In this document: piece by piece, positions 41,760-54,308 of the stretch
Position numbering within the stretch: the stretch's first letter is position 1
Layout: each line of letters opens with the position of its first letter
Assembly: GCF_902652985.1 (NCBI RefSeq)
Contig: NC_047030.1
Span: 24,180,001-24,244,000 of the forward strand
Source: Pecten maximus
Lineage: Eukaryota
DNA: 64,000 bases
Reading direction: 5' to 3'
Program-made: the position numbers and the translations under genes
Notes under the pieces: model-generated
Told to the model about the DNA's origin: nothing
The model's input: only the letters and a program-made list of their open reading frames with translations
Database searches by the model: none

Positions 41760-42875
41760 AACAGAAACAATTCAAAACGTGGTAGTTATCTGCCTACCGC
41801 AAGATCAGAAACAATTCAAAATATGGTAGTTATCTGCCAACCGCGAGATCAGAAACAATTTAAAACGAGATTGTAATCTGCCCACCGCGAGATCAGAAAC
41901 AATTTAAAACGAGATTGTAATCAGCCAACCGCGAGATCAGAAACGTGATAGTTATCTGTCCACCGCGAGATCAGAAACAGTTCAAAACGTGGTAGTTATC
42001 TGCCCATCGCTAGGTCAGAAACAGTTTTAAACGTGGTAGTTATCTGCCAACCGCGAGATCAGAAACTTTTCAAAACGTGATAGTTATCTGCCCATCGCGA
42101 GATCAGAAACAATTCAAAACGTGGTAGTTATCTGCCAACCGCGAGATCAGAAACAATTCAAAACGTGATAGTTATCTGCCCATCGCGAGATCAGAAACAA
42201 TTCAAAACGTGATAGTTATCTGCCCATCGCGAGATCAGAAACAATTCAAAACGTGATAGTTATCTGCCCATCGCGAGATCAGAAACTTTTCAAAACGTGA
42301 TAGTTATCTGCCCATCGCGAGATTAGAAACAGTTCAAAACGTGGTAGTTATCTGCCCATCGCTAGGTCAGAAACAGTTTTAAACGTGGTAGTTATCTGCC
42401 AACCGCGAGATCAGAAACTTTTCAAAACGTGATAGTTATCTGCCCATCGCGAGATCAGAAACTATTCAAAACGTGGTAGTTATCTGCCAACCGCGAGATC
42501 AGAAACAATTCAAAACGTGATAGTTATCTGCCCATCGCGAGATTAGAAACAATTCAAAACGTGGTAGTTATCTGCCAACCGCGAGATCAGAAACAATTCA
42601 AAACGTGATAGTTATCGGCCCATCGCGCGATCAGAAACAATTCAAAACGTGATAGTTATCTGCCCATCGCGAGATCAGAAACTTTTCAAAACGTGATAGT
42701 TATCTGCCCATCGCGAGATCAGAAACAATTCAAAGCGTTGTAATAATCTGCCCACCGCGAGCTCGAGATTAGAAACAATTCAAAACATTGTAGTTATCTG
42801 CCCACCGCGAGATCAGAAACTATTCAAAACGTGATAGTTATCTGCCCACCGCTAGGTCAGAAACAATTTTAAAAC
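41760..42875. repeat. 44 bp minisatellite, ~25 copies
   Basis: Unit GATCAGAAACAATTCAAAACGTG(A/G)TAGTTATCTGCC(C/A)A(T/C)CGCGA. Confidence 0.95.
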
Positions 42876-44817
42876 GAGGCTTGTGTTGAATCATTAGAAA
42901 CATTTCTAACTGTGCCAATTTAAGTAAAATGGGAAACACTTAGTTTAATTAGACTGTTTATAACGGGTTTCTTTAATCACGTGGAGGTCATTAAGTGGAG
43001 AAACATAATTCATTCATGATCTATCGTTCTGTTTTAAATTGAGACACTTGCACTAAGCCAAAGTTGACATAAAACGACGGAATCGAATTCAAATTGATCA
43101 CAATCTGGCGTCAGCTGTCCGAGCCAACACAACACCGATCTCGGCGTGTCGTAGTGTGTCGTGTGACGCTGATTAGTCAGGGCAAATACCAAGTACAGGA
43201 AAACGTGTGGGCAGAACACTTATCTATAGCTATATATCTGTCTTAACCAATACCTATAAAAACAAAACAAATATACAATCAACCAAAAAACAAACAAAAA
43301 ACAAAAAACACAAATATAAAAAACAACAAAACAGTTCCAGAAAAAGAAAGTTTTTCTTCAAGCTTTATTTTACACATAAAACTACACGTACACGTACAAT
43401 ATTTCAATGTACTTTATTGAACATTACAGCTTGTCGAGAATAGTGTGGTACTATTATAATTTTAGATGGAATATATTCATTTTCAACTTATCAAATTAAT
43501 AATAAATAAATTGTTATTGTTCTTTAAGACGGTAGTAAGAATTATTATTGTTGAATGTAAATGTATGTGACGATAGCAAGAACTGTGTTTTGTAAAATAA
43601 GTGATTAATTTTATATGCCCTTAATGTATAAACTATGTTATCCAATAAACTGTAAAACTTACGAAATAAAGCTTAATTGAATTGAACTGTTGTCAAACAT
43701 TCCCTACTTATTCATGTCCGACTGCATTTTTGTGACTATAAAATAAGCTATAATTTTCGTGAAAGTTATCCAATCTATAAACTCTGATTCGTTTTATGAT
43801 AAGCGATAGTCCGGAATTTTCCCCCTTTGACATTTACAGAAAGTCTTGAAATTATCCCCCAAAATGTTATACCGATTATCAGGTATACATAAAATAATAC
43901 GACAGCTTGGTAATGGTCATGTAACCATGCCAATCGTGGACAAACGATCACGTTCTAAACATTCCAAGTTCCATCTTTCTCGTGTTATCGGAGACATTTG
44001 CTATGGAGACTTGTTGGCCAGGTAGAAATTCAGAGTTTTCATCGCCACTTTCATATCGTTTTATTATAACTCGATCATAAATTTTGCGATCACCTTTTGT
44101 GGTAATGGTTCCTCTGTGTAAGGTGATAGGCTATGGAAAGTATTTTATTAAGTAATCATGTACAGTCAGCGAAGAATTTATAGCCAGTCGTTTCTTGTTA
44201 TGGGTACATACAATCATTGTAGGTACACGTACATGGTCATTACCTACAGACAGTCAAAGGTACAATAAACTCAGGTTGGTATTCGCTTTCACGGTGTTGA
44301 GATTGTGTTCTCACTTTAACGAACTGATTTTGTCATTTGACTAATTTTGTTTAGATCACTGAGAAAAATCAAATCACACAAATAATGTACAAACAAAATG
44401 TCTGCCATGTCAATAATGCACTTCGCAAAAAAAAAAAAATCTTTCGACGGACGGACAGAAACAGACATCAGACAGACCGACAGATAGACAGACAAACACA
44501 CAACGTCTTCTAAAACAGATGATACAACGTTTAGTCTGAAATAGAATTAAATTACTAAGTGTTGAATCTTTTCGCTATGTATTGATAAAGAATTTATTGA
44601 TAAAGAAGACAAAAAACCCTGAACTAATTTAATCTACACGGTATGGACATGAACTAGTATCTCTTGAGAAAAGCCGATAGTGATACAGGCCTCCATTCCC
44701 GGGATTCTGAGGCTGATCCACACCTCTGACGGCTCCGTTTGAAAGGATGATTAACGTTATCATTTTCCAATGTCTTCATTTGTTTTTAGAATTTTCTGAT
44801 GAAATGATGCTTTAAGC

Positions 44818-44973
44818 CACAGGGGCTTATAACGAATTCCTAACCCACAGTCCATATAATATTATTGATGCATAATACATGTATATATATATCCTTTCAA
44901 AAGTCACCTCATATCAGTTTTTTTATTAGGCCGATAAAATATCAATACCCTTCGGATTAGCCAAGCCCCTGTG
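44818..44973. mobile_element. MITE, CACAGGG family, copy 2
   Basis: CACAGGGGCTT..CGAATTCCTAACCCAC ... AAGCCCCTGTG; 11-bp perfect TIR. Confidence 0.7.
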
Positions 44974-46676
44974 TGTTATTTGGTTGATGACCACATGTAT
45001 GAATAAAAACATAAAATCAAAATAAATGAATAAATAAACAAATAAAAATCATCTGTGTGCTGATTCGTTTTTATATCGACAGATGTTTTTACGTAAATCA
45101 TACTTCTGTTTTACGTGAATGTTAATATTTTTTAAAAACCCTTTATCGCAATCTTGATTAAATCATTTGATGTTTTTAATTGCATTTTTATATCTCAAAA
45201 GCTTTTAATTGCATCTTGAAATTAAAATTACATGAAGTTATAGTCATTTTTTTACCACAAACATTATAGTAAGTTTACATGTGCTTAAGTTTCAAAGCAA
45301 TATTGTACGATTTTCATTTTGTCAACCTGTTCTGCTATAATAAGAGAAATTTCGTGTTCTGTGTAATACAAAACAAGTTTCTTGTGGGATAGACATATCA
45401 TGTCACGCACAGAATTATTGACGCCTCCTAAATATATTGTGTCGAGATCATGGGGAAGGGAGATAACTCTGATTGCTAATTCTTCTGACACGTGTTCTAG
45501 ATATTGATAATTGGTCAATGTAACAAAGAAAAATTATACCGATAATGACGTTCTGTCACTAAGATGTTAACACATTATATATCAAATCTTCACAGACTTC
45601 AACAGTGCTCGAAGTTGATCTACAGATATCGTAGTTAAGCCTACTTACGAAAAAACACAATTTTAACAAACAATGAAACACAACAGCTCCCTGCATAATA
45701 GACATGGATCCACATTGAGAAGGTTTATGATAACTTGTCATTTATATATTAAAAAAGAAGTAAACCAGCATGAACGATGTCCAGCTGTAGGCCTAAATTG
45801 TAAACTTACCTCATTCGATCCACTTTCTTCACCGGATACAGATTCCAGAGTGACGTCATTGGCATGCGATCGAGAGGCGGGAATTTCAAATCATAACTTA
45901 AACATGCATGTTCGCTCTGTCGTGTAATTCGAACGTTTTTTTATTGGGCTCGCCGTCAATAAACCAATTACGTATAAAACAAATCAAAAATTGAGGGCAT
46001 AATGGAGAAAGTACGTAGATTCTATATTTTATAACGACACTCAGTATATCTCAATGCATAATAAAATTCGCATATTCTACAAGACCTGGTTAATCGAAAG
46101 AAGCATTCGTTTACTGGATGGGGAGGGGTAGCATGCATGGTCTGGCAACACGTGGTGACCACACTATTTCTTGTTCTTGTGTCCATAGTAACAGACTTTT
46201 CTGTAAACCGACACGTGCCATCATGTAACCACTAAGTTAATCCTTTACTCGATCGTTACCCACAATGACAGATTACCTGATGTATTACCTTCAAAATAAC
46301 ACTATCCATGTAAATATTGTACGAGAATCGTGTCTTAATTGATAATTGATTTTGCTACCGGAAGAGACCGGAACTGCCCGCCAGTCTGAGCGTGTGTTCA
46401 GCCACAGGGTATTGGAATTGATTTTTCAAAAGACATAAAATTATAACACACCTTGGTTCCCTAGGAGTAGGGGAATCAGTTTTTTTATTATAAGTTAGCA
46501 TTTACAATCAAAATAAGAAGAAAAAATCTACTGGTCAATTTTATCAATTAAAAAGTCAAATGGTGGTAGGATTTTGATTTCAGATTTTTTTCTGTCACAG
46601 TTAACCAAATCATTATAGACACGTGTGAACGTGTTGCTTAACCAATTCTCTACGATTTGGAATGTATTTAGTTTGT

Positions 46677-46709
<33 letters not shown>

Positions 46710-49341
46710 TTATTTATTTATTTTTTTGATACTTTATTCAATCAAAGAAACATAACCTGAGAAAATTAAAATAAAAGATGGAAATATAATGAGCTGTAGC
46801 TTATAACCTCAGTAAAATAAACTTGAAACGGTATATAGAAATAAAGTTTAAGATGTCTTAGCCGAACGTTTGACAAAAACCTAAGCATACAGATGAGAAA
46901 TCTTCCACTGGAAACATGCTGTACATAAATATAGTTGTTTGGAGGTAGCAATAGATACTCTCAGAATTGAATTAGAATCTTCTGATCTATTATTCCACAG
47001 AGCCAGTTCGGTATCGCGGCAGCTTCGCCTGAAAAGAACGTGTAGCTTGATTAATATTACTGGAGATTTTCACGTTCTTAATGGCTTCTCAATCTTGTTT
47101 TGGTGATAAATCCGGATGCCGTATCCGACTTCGTTTGTTAGATAACAATTACAAGATTGATAGTAGGAGACATGGTAATATCATCAAAACTCCCGGTGAT
47201 TGATATGGATTTTAATGAAAAGGGATTATTAGCCTTTTCTGGGTACTGCTTTCACACCAGGGACAATTAAGTGTATAGTCACGTTGTTTCCAGTGCCGGT
47301 GTCGTGTAAGCGTTTCCAGGACACTGATCGATCCCGCGGGTTAGCAAGATGCAAGCGTGAAGGCTCTGTAACACGCTTACCTTAGTCACTTACACTAATT
47401 GGTATTGTGGTCCACATTAAACGCGCACTTGAAGGTGATTGTAAATTAGATTTAAAATTGAAGGAAGACAAACAACTATCCGATGTAAAAACAAGATCAT
47501 TAATTTCAAATATCTATTTTTGGAAATCATTTCTGAATGGTCTTCTTAATAGGATTAAAAAAAGAAATGAAGACAAAAAGGCTTGTTTTGTTTTTAGCGA
47601 TAGATGTCGTAATAATAAAAGGAACGGTTTATGAATGAAGCTGGAGAGTGACTTTTATAGATATAAGGCAGCAATAACTAAATCCACAGGAGACCGTATC
47701 GGAAGACACTTGTCACAGAAGTACGATACTCTAGGATGTGAACTAGAGTTTAAGAATCTATGGTGGCATATTTCTGCCATCGAGTTGCCGACTTACGACT
47801 TAAATATGTCGACATATTTCTGAGAAGATGTCGACATCATCAAAAATTATGTCGACATAAACCGAAAAATATGTCGACTTAATAGTTTACTTACCGAGAT
47901 AATATTGCCAAGAATCCAAGACCGCCAGTCCATCTAAACGGGAGTTGGAATACTCCTTCATCCGAAAACCGTATTAGAGCATGTTCTTCAACAGGCGAAA
48001 ATAATCTATATGAATATGAATTTAATGAAAAACCACTATGTTGTTGATATGTTTGCTTGCGGCCTTAGCAGATAAGATGAATACATTATCTCGCTGGGCT
48101 AAATTAGTTCAGGAAATTTGTGTGTTTACACCATGTTAACTTAATAATGACTATGGTCAGGGGTTTTATGACCTGTCATAAACTGGGATCGATTCTGCAT
48201 GACCATTGTGCTACTCCCAACACGTACAAGTTGCCTTTGGCGGGAATTCTCCGTCCCGAGCAGACGTTAACTATGGAGGCGACGTCAGGAAGGTGTCAGG
48301 ACCGTGTTGGACTGTGCCTCCTGAGCCATAGATCAGGCCCTTTAGGATCTAGTGCCGGGCATAACTACCCAATAATTCGACCGGTCGTGCTATCTGTTAG
48401 CCGGATGGCGTAATGAGATATGACTATTCGGTAGTAAACCGCCGGATGTCAATACCACTTTGCATAATAGGCTAATCTTTTACTGTAGTTGAAGTACATA
48501 CGTAGACTTCTTCCGAACCCTCCAAGGGAAATGTTCCAATCTATTTCCATGGATATATCACTGTAAGAGCAGAGGCGGATATTAGCTCCGAGGACATCCT
48601 GGAGATCTTTAAGTGTCATAATGGTATATTCATCGATGTTTTCTTATCGATTTATGTTGCCTTCCTTACATCACATTAATATATTTGAGATAATAACAAC
48701 CACAACAGTATCGGCGCATCAGCACTAAATATCACTGTTATAAGTATACATTATTGCGCCACTCACTCGCCGTACTTCGTAATAGGCATTAACCATACGG
48801 AACTTGCTATCTTTTTTAACGTCCCGTAAACAGCAAAGGTCTCCAAATAAGTGACCAATGCGTGTTTCCGAGCACAGGCGTTTGCATATATAGAAAATGT
48901 GAATTTTAAATTTTTTGATATTGCAGTGGTATGTGTACTGTGGAAATTCCCAGTACTCTTACCTTTCTTTAAATTCACATATTCTATGCAAGCGCCTGTA
49001 TTTCCGAGCGGCTGCCATAGGTTACCAACAGGACACCACACCCGGTTAAATGTTACACTCCCAAGTTGCTGAGCGTTAAGCCGAATGTAAACATGACCCA
49101 AAATCTTTCCCATGTAGGGCGAACCTTAAACTAAAGAACAAAAAAGTGAGGCAGTGTCACAGGAGACATCAGGAAGAAATTTTCTTTCAGAATTTAGTCG
49201 CCTCTTATGAATCCTGTATTGGGACTATACGTAATTATCTTTGCCTACCGGGCTAGAAATACAATATAATTCAAGTTACACGATTATCTTGAAGATTTCG
49301 GGGAAAGTGCCAACAGAGGAAACGTGGATGACTATTTTTAC

Positions 49342-49656
49342 GTGCTTGCTTGCTTTACAAGTGTATATCCCCGTGAACAGGCAGAGCAATTTTGAGACGA
49401 GAGAACTCATTGTAGTAGTTGGTGACTACCTCATTGAACAACATACGGGAAACCCGTCGCATGCCATTCAGAGCCATAAAGGAAGAGTGTCTTGCCCAAG
49501 GGCACAACCACGACAACAAAGGCCGGCCAATTTCTCAGTTTACCGAGAAACACAGGTCGACACGGGTAGGGAGCGTCGAACTACGCACCTCGGGTCTTCA
49601 CCACCGATTACAATATACGTGATGGGCGCTCTAACTGACTGAAATATTGTGGCCCC
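49342..49656 (-). mobile_element. SINE family A, near full length
   Basis: Reverse-complement homology to the 26279 copy (AGTGTCTTGCCCAAGG; TTGTAGTAGTTGGTGACTACC); GGGGCCAC head on the minus strand. Confidence 0.82.
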
Positions 49657-50574
49657 GTTGATGAACTAAACAAGACCAGGTTTATGTTATCCAAAGACGA
49701 ACCAAAATTACAGGGACCGATTACAAAAAGGGCGATCACTCTTGCTTTATGAAGAGGTCAGAAATAGAGTAAATAAGTCACGTGATTTCCTAATCTAATA
49801 AGGTAAAGTGACGTTACTTATAGCTCAATATTGTCAAGGAGATAAAGTAGTTACGATCCCTGTCGTAATTACAACGTAATCTGATTATAGCACACTATTA
49901 ATGTCGAGACAGCTACGTCACAACTTATTTATCAAATATAAAACGTATTAGCCGTAATTAATTAAATATTCATATTGGCGAGGTCCGTCATAATTACCCT
50001 TAAGTGACCGCGTGGTTTGCACTGGGTGAGAGAGGAGTGGGAGGGGGGGGACTGTTAGTGGAAACCCAGACTAGATGCCACAACCTACATGTTTTCGTAT
50101 TTTAGAAACCACTATCCATTATCCATATTTGAAGTTGTCCAGACTTTAAAAAGTGACATGTATTAAAATTTATTTTCTGGATAGCTTGTCTATCCTTTCA
50201 ATCTCTGTCTGGTGAACTTACCCGTCCATACCACTACAATTACAATTTCTCTATCGCCGCCATACATTACTTTAAAATGGCGGCTACATTGTATATATAA
50301 AACAGTCATGTTTTGTAGCTGTCTCCGAGATATCGAAGACTGTATCTGTTTAGAGATGTATACTCCATAGCAGAGAAAAAATATTTGACTGTGTGTATCA
50401 TAAACATTGAATAGAGGAGGCGGCGCGAGTGAGATCCATGCGTGGATCGGGGATCCAATATTTATACGTACATAAATGTACACTCGGTCAGGTGTTTGTT
50501 ACCCTGAAATGCTAAAACTTCATTATCTATTTATCTATTTACCTATTTATTTATTAAGCCCATTAGCATTTAAC

Positions 50575-50809
50575 GACCAATTGCTCAAAAGGTGATAAGC
50601 TTAATTACTTAATTAATGAAAATCTCATTTCTTCTTTACCTAAAATGATATGTGTGTATATTCTTCAAAATCAGCGGGTATGAAACGACTGATAAGTGTT
50701 ATTGTTTCAGGAAAAATCGTCAAATAAGTTTTACCAGAAATAATTTTATCGGGATTTTAATATTGTTGTTCAACTGTGATTAGCCTAATCACCTTTTGAA
50801 CATTTGGCC
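50575..50809. mobile_element. MITE with ~35 bp imperfect TIRs
   Basis: GACCAATTGCTCAAAAGGTGATAAGC / GCCTAATCACCTTTTGAACATTTGGCC. Confidence 0.65.
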
Positions 50810-51603
50810 TAAGATAGTAATATTTTTCCGGATTTTCCTGTACTGCGCGAACTCCTGTTTTTCTATTACACAATGTCGGTAATTAGATATTGTCTTCTAT
50901 GTGAAAGGTGTTAATAAAATCCGTTACCAGGTGCGAAACGTAAAACGACCCCGATTGCCATAGTTGACTTCATTTTTTACATTATTTTATATTCAGCATA
51001 TTTTTTATGACTGTTTAATATATATTTACTCCAAATAGCACGGGAGTGTTACCTGTCAGTACTAGTGTTAATATACAATTTCATCTTTGCCGGTACAGTT
51101 CGATACCAGATCTTATCACTACGATTGATAGTACCCGTACGTTGTCTTTTCGTAAACATACATTTAACCTATCAAGGTGTTTATTTTTACCTATTTGTAC
51201 ATATGCACCGTGTAGTTATTCTTAATAATTCACACGGATCAATATATAGACAAACATACATATTTACTGCAGGTGAAATCAATAAATTAATCCCGATGGG
51301 AAGACAATTCATAGTCATATATACCGATATATAAATAGGTGTCAGAAACAAATAAATAATACATCGTTGAAATTTAAACAGAACACAAATAAGTACAAGT
51401 TTTGTCATGTGACTTCGAATTATATTACTGTACACGAGCCAGCCCTGTATGCGTACAGGGAATCGAGGCGCTAGTTAAATGATTGAGAGGAGTATTGTTT
51501 CAAAAACTATTGTGTTTTCTGTGGTAATATCGGTTTGCAAGTAGTTTGTAAGCCAACAAGATTTGTTTCCCTTATTTTGTCTTTTCGTAATGTAGTTTTC
51601 AGA

Positions 51604-52121
51604 TCTTGTGAGCAGGTATTCACATTCCGAGTGCTGATTCTTTATATCAACATATCAAGTAAAAACAACAAACATTTGACCATGAAAACATTATGAATAC
51701 AGTATGAAAACATCGTTTCATGTGCTCATTTTCCACACAAAACCGTCAGTCAGACATTAATACGCCATAAAAATAGCCCCGTTTCATATCCGTAAGTTGT
51801 GTTTTCTTAACCATCTACATGTATTCAACAAAATAAATCTTATTTAACACGAATCATTATACTTGATTTCATATCTTTTTTATTTGAATTTTAAAAAAAA
51901 TCGTTCTTTATCTTTTTATTCCAAATCACCGAAATGAAGTATATGAATTGAATGGATTTTATTGTTTTTTCATGGCGGCTATGCATAGCAGTAGCTATCT
52001 ACATATCCCGTAGTGCGCGTAAAATAAAAAGCATCTATTCAGTCCCTATGTGAAAGTAACGTCATAGAATGACGTGATTTTTCATACAGACTAATGTCAA
52101 AATCAATACCTGCTCACAAGA
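51604..52121. mobile_element. Non-autonomous element bounded by a 17-bp perfect inverted repeat
   Basis: TCTTGTGAGCAGGTATT (51604-51620) / AATACCTGCTCACAAGA (52105-52121). Confidence 0.6.
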
Positions 52122-53686
52122 GCAGATAACTCTGAATAACAAAAACCCTGTTTACCAAATCACGTGTAATTTCATTATAAAGTAACGAGTTGAAACATAA
52201 GCATTGTTACGTGAAGTGTAGTATGTTGAAATGTTGTCAACGCAAAGACCCCAAGTGAGATATACAAACGAAAAACCGGGAAACAACAACAACAACAACA
52301 AAAACAAAAAACAAACAAAACAAAACATAACAAAAAATCGAAAAAAGACATATACATGTACGGAGAGACGCCAGACCGCTTTGTTGGACTTTCGCTTTTT
52401 GATAACTCGCTTTGTCGTTCAAAGTCTTTTCGTCTATACGAACTGTCAAATATATTATTAAATTCATATCCAACAAATTATCGTAGTTTATTATGACAGG
52501 GGAAATATCTATACATGAATGTTTAACTTAGGAATGACGATGTTATTCATTGGATAGTATTTGATTTTCCTTTATCTCATAATAAATTTTCACGTTTTTA
52601 TAAGATCAGCTGTCTTTTATTATTGTTTTTGTTGTGCACGTGCACACGAGCGTAATGAAAGGCATACATGATGATTGCATGAAGATATTTGGTATTTTGA
52701 ATACCACTCGCTAAGCTGTGGGGAATTTCATTCTGACCTCTACCGGTTTTATATAACTCTACGTGTATATATAAATAACTTCGACCGTCAAGTACGTGCT
52801 TAATCTAAGTCGACTAAATGTGTACAACATTGACTTCAATATATGACGTCACCATGTCCAGTTAATGGACAGCTTCACATAACATACTACTATACTACAG
52901 ACCTCATGTTGTTTATAACTAATGAATATTTTCACTGAAATATAATCATAGACTTCTCCTCTTGATCAGAGACGTATATAAGTCCTGTTTTGTGACGTTA
53001 CTTCAGACGATGATGTCAATGAACGGGAAGGACTCCGGAGTTATGTCCCTTGAAGAAAACGCGAGTGAACTTATATATTAAAATAAAAATATCATTTATA
53101 TCCACATCTTATCTAAATATCGTCATTGTACCTATGTACACTTGCTTTATCTACATGTACCTTTTTACCTACAGTCTTTCGCTTTATTGGCATATATCAT
53201 ATCCCCTTAATCTCGCTTTACACACATACAGATATACTCTCGTCCATTCATTTACAGTATATTAAACATACAGTTTATCTGACTTGTTGTTGTTAATAGG
53301 TCACCCTCGGGTCAACAAAAGTCTGCGAACATCATTATATCTAGAAATGGAAATGTTAAAAACATTAAAAAACCTTCTTCGAATGATTTGCATAGGGTAA
53401 ATATACATGTACGTGTCTGTATTGCTTGTATGTGGGGAAAGGGCGTCCTGATCTTTCAGAGTAATGTCCCTTCGTTTCACTGTCGATGAAGCGATAACTT
53501 GACAGACGATAACGGAGAAAAGGGGTTGGGGCAGAAAAAAACTCCCTAGTTTGAATATAGGACAAATAAGTCCCCATCATTGGAGGGGATTTTTAGCCTG
53601 GTACTTTACTGTGAAAAAAATATTGATGTATAGACAGTGAGTAGGAATTTGTACCAAATAAATCCACGACTATAATCTATCTTAAT

Positions 53687-53898
53687 TACTGTAAACGTAC
53701 ATATTTTAGTGGTAATATTATTTTAACGATTTTTGCGCGGGAAGTATTCCGCTAAATTATGATTCCGCTAATTGTTGTTTATCTAAATTGGTTTCTATGG
53801 CAATCGTCGTTGGTGCCCTTATTCATCATTCCGCTAATCAGATTTAATTTGGTATTACGCTAAAATTTGAGCTCGCCAAAAAAAGTACCTTAACAGTA
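53687..53898. mobile_element. TA-flanked MITE upstream of the lectin gene
   Basis: TACTGTAAACGTAC ... GTACCTTAACAGTA termini with internal CGCTAA repeats. Confidence 0.6.
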
Positions 53899-54265
53899 CT
53901 TAATATTGCACTCAATTGATATACATTATGATTGAAGAAGATACCATATTAATAATGATTAATTGTAAAGTTAGGAAATTTTGATTGATTCAAATCCATT
54001 TCAATAAATCTTATTGACAAACAATTTGTACAAAAGGACGGAACGACAGGCTTCTAAAAAGTCTATTTAAGTCTTCGCCTAGACTATATCCACTGTAATT
54101 TAAGACCCGAGTTCCAGTTTCTTAGATTGGCCGTAATCAAGTGCACACACTGACCTGTTTGTGACGACCTAGCTATCTCGTTCAAGACGTCAGAATCGTG
54201 TTGTTCTTGTCTGATAAGATTCACAGAGCACTCCCGAGCACCAGTCTAACTACTTGGACGACAAA

Positions 54266-54308
54266 ATGTATCTCAAAGAAACTCTGCTGGTTGCAGTTTT
54301 CAGTATCG
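54266..54308 (+). CDS. C-type lectin coding exon 1 (signal peptide MYLKETLLVAVFSI)
   Basis: acaaaATG context, hydrophobic stretch, and a G|gtaaga donor (phase 1) that matches the exon 2 acceptor. Confidence 0.8.

Noticed and set aside
47805-47882. Four spaced palindromic ATGTCGAC(A/T)T motifs resembling a mini-CRISPR or operator array
   Set aside because: The repeat is ~10 bp with ~11-13 bp A/T-rich gaps, which fits a degenerate ~22-bp tandem repeat.
48763-49113. 116-aa minus-strand ORF ending at a GTGAGT donor
   Set aside because: No recognisable domain, a competing internal donor, no clear acceptor, and it abuts a SINE fragment.
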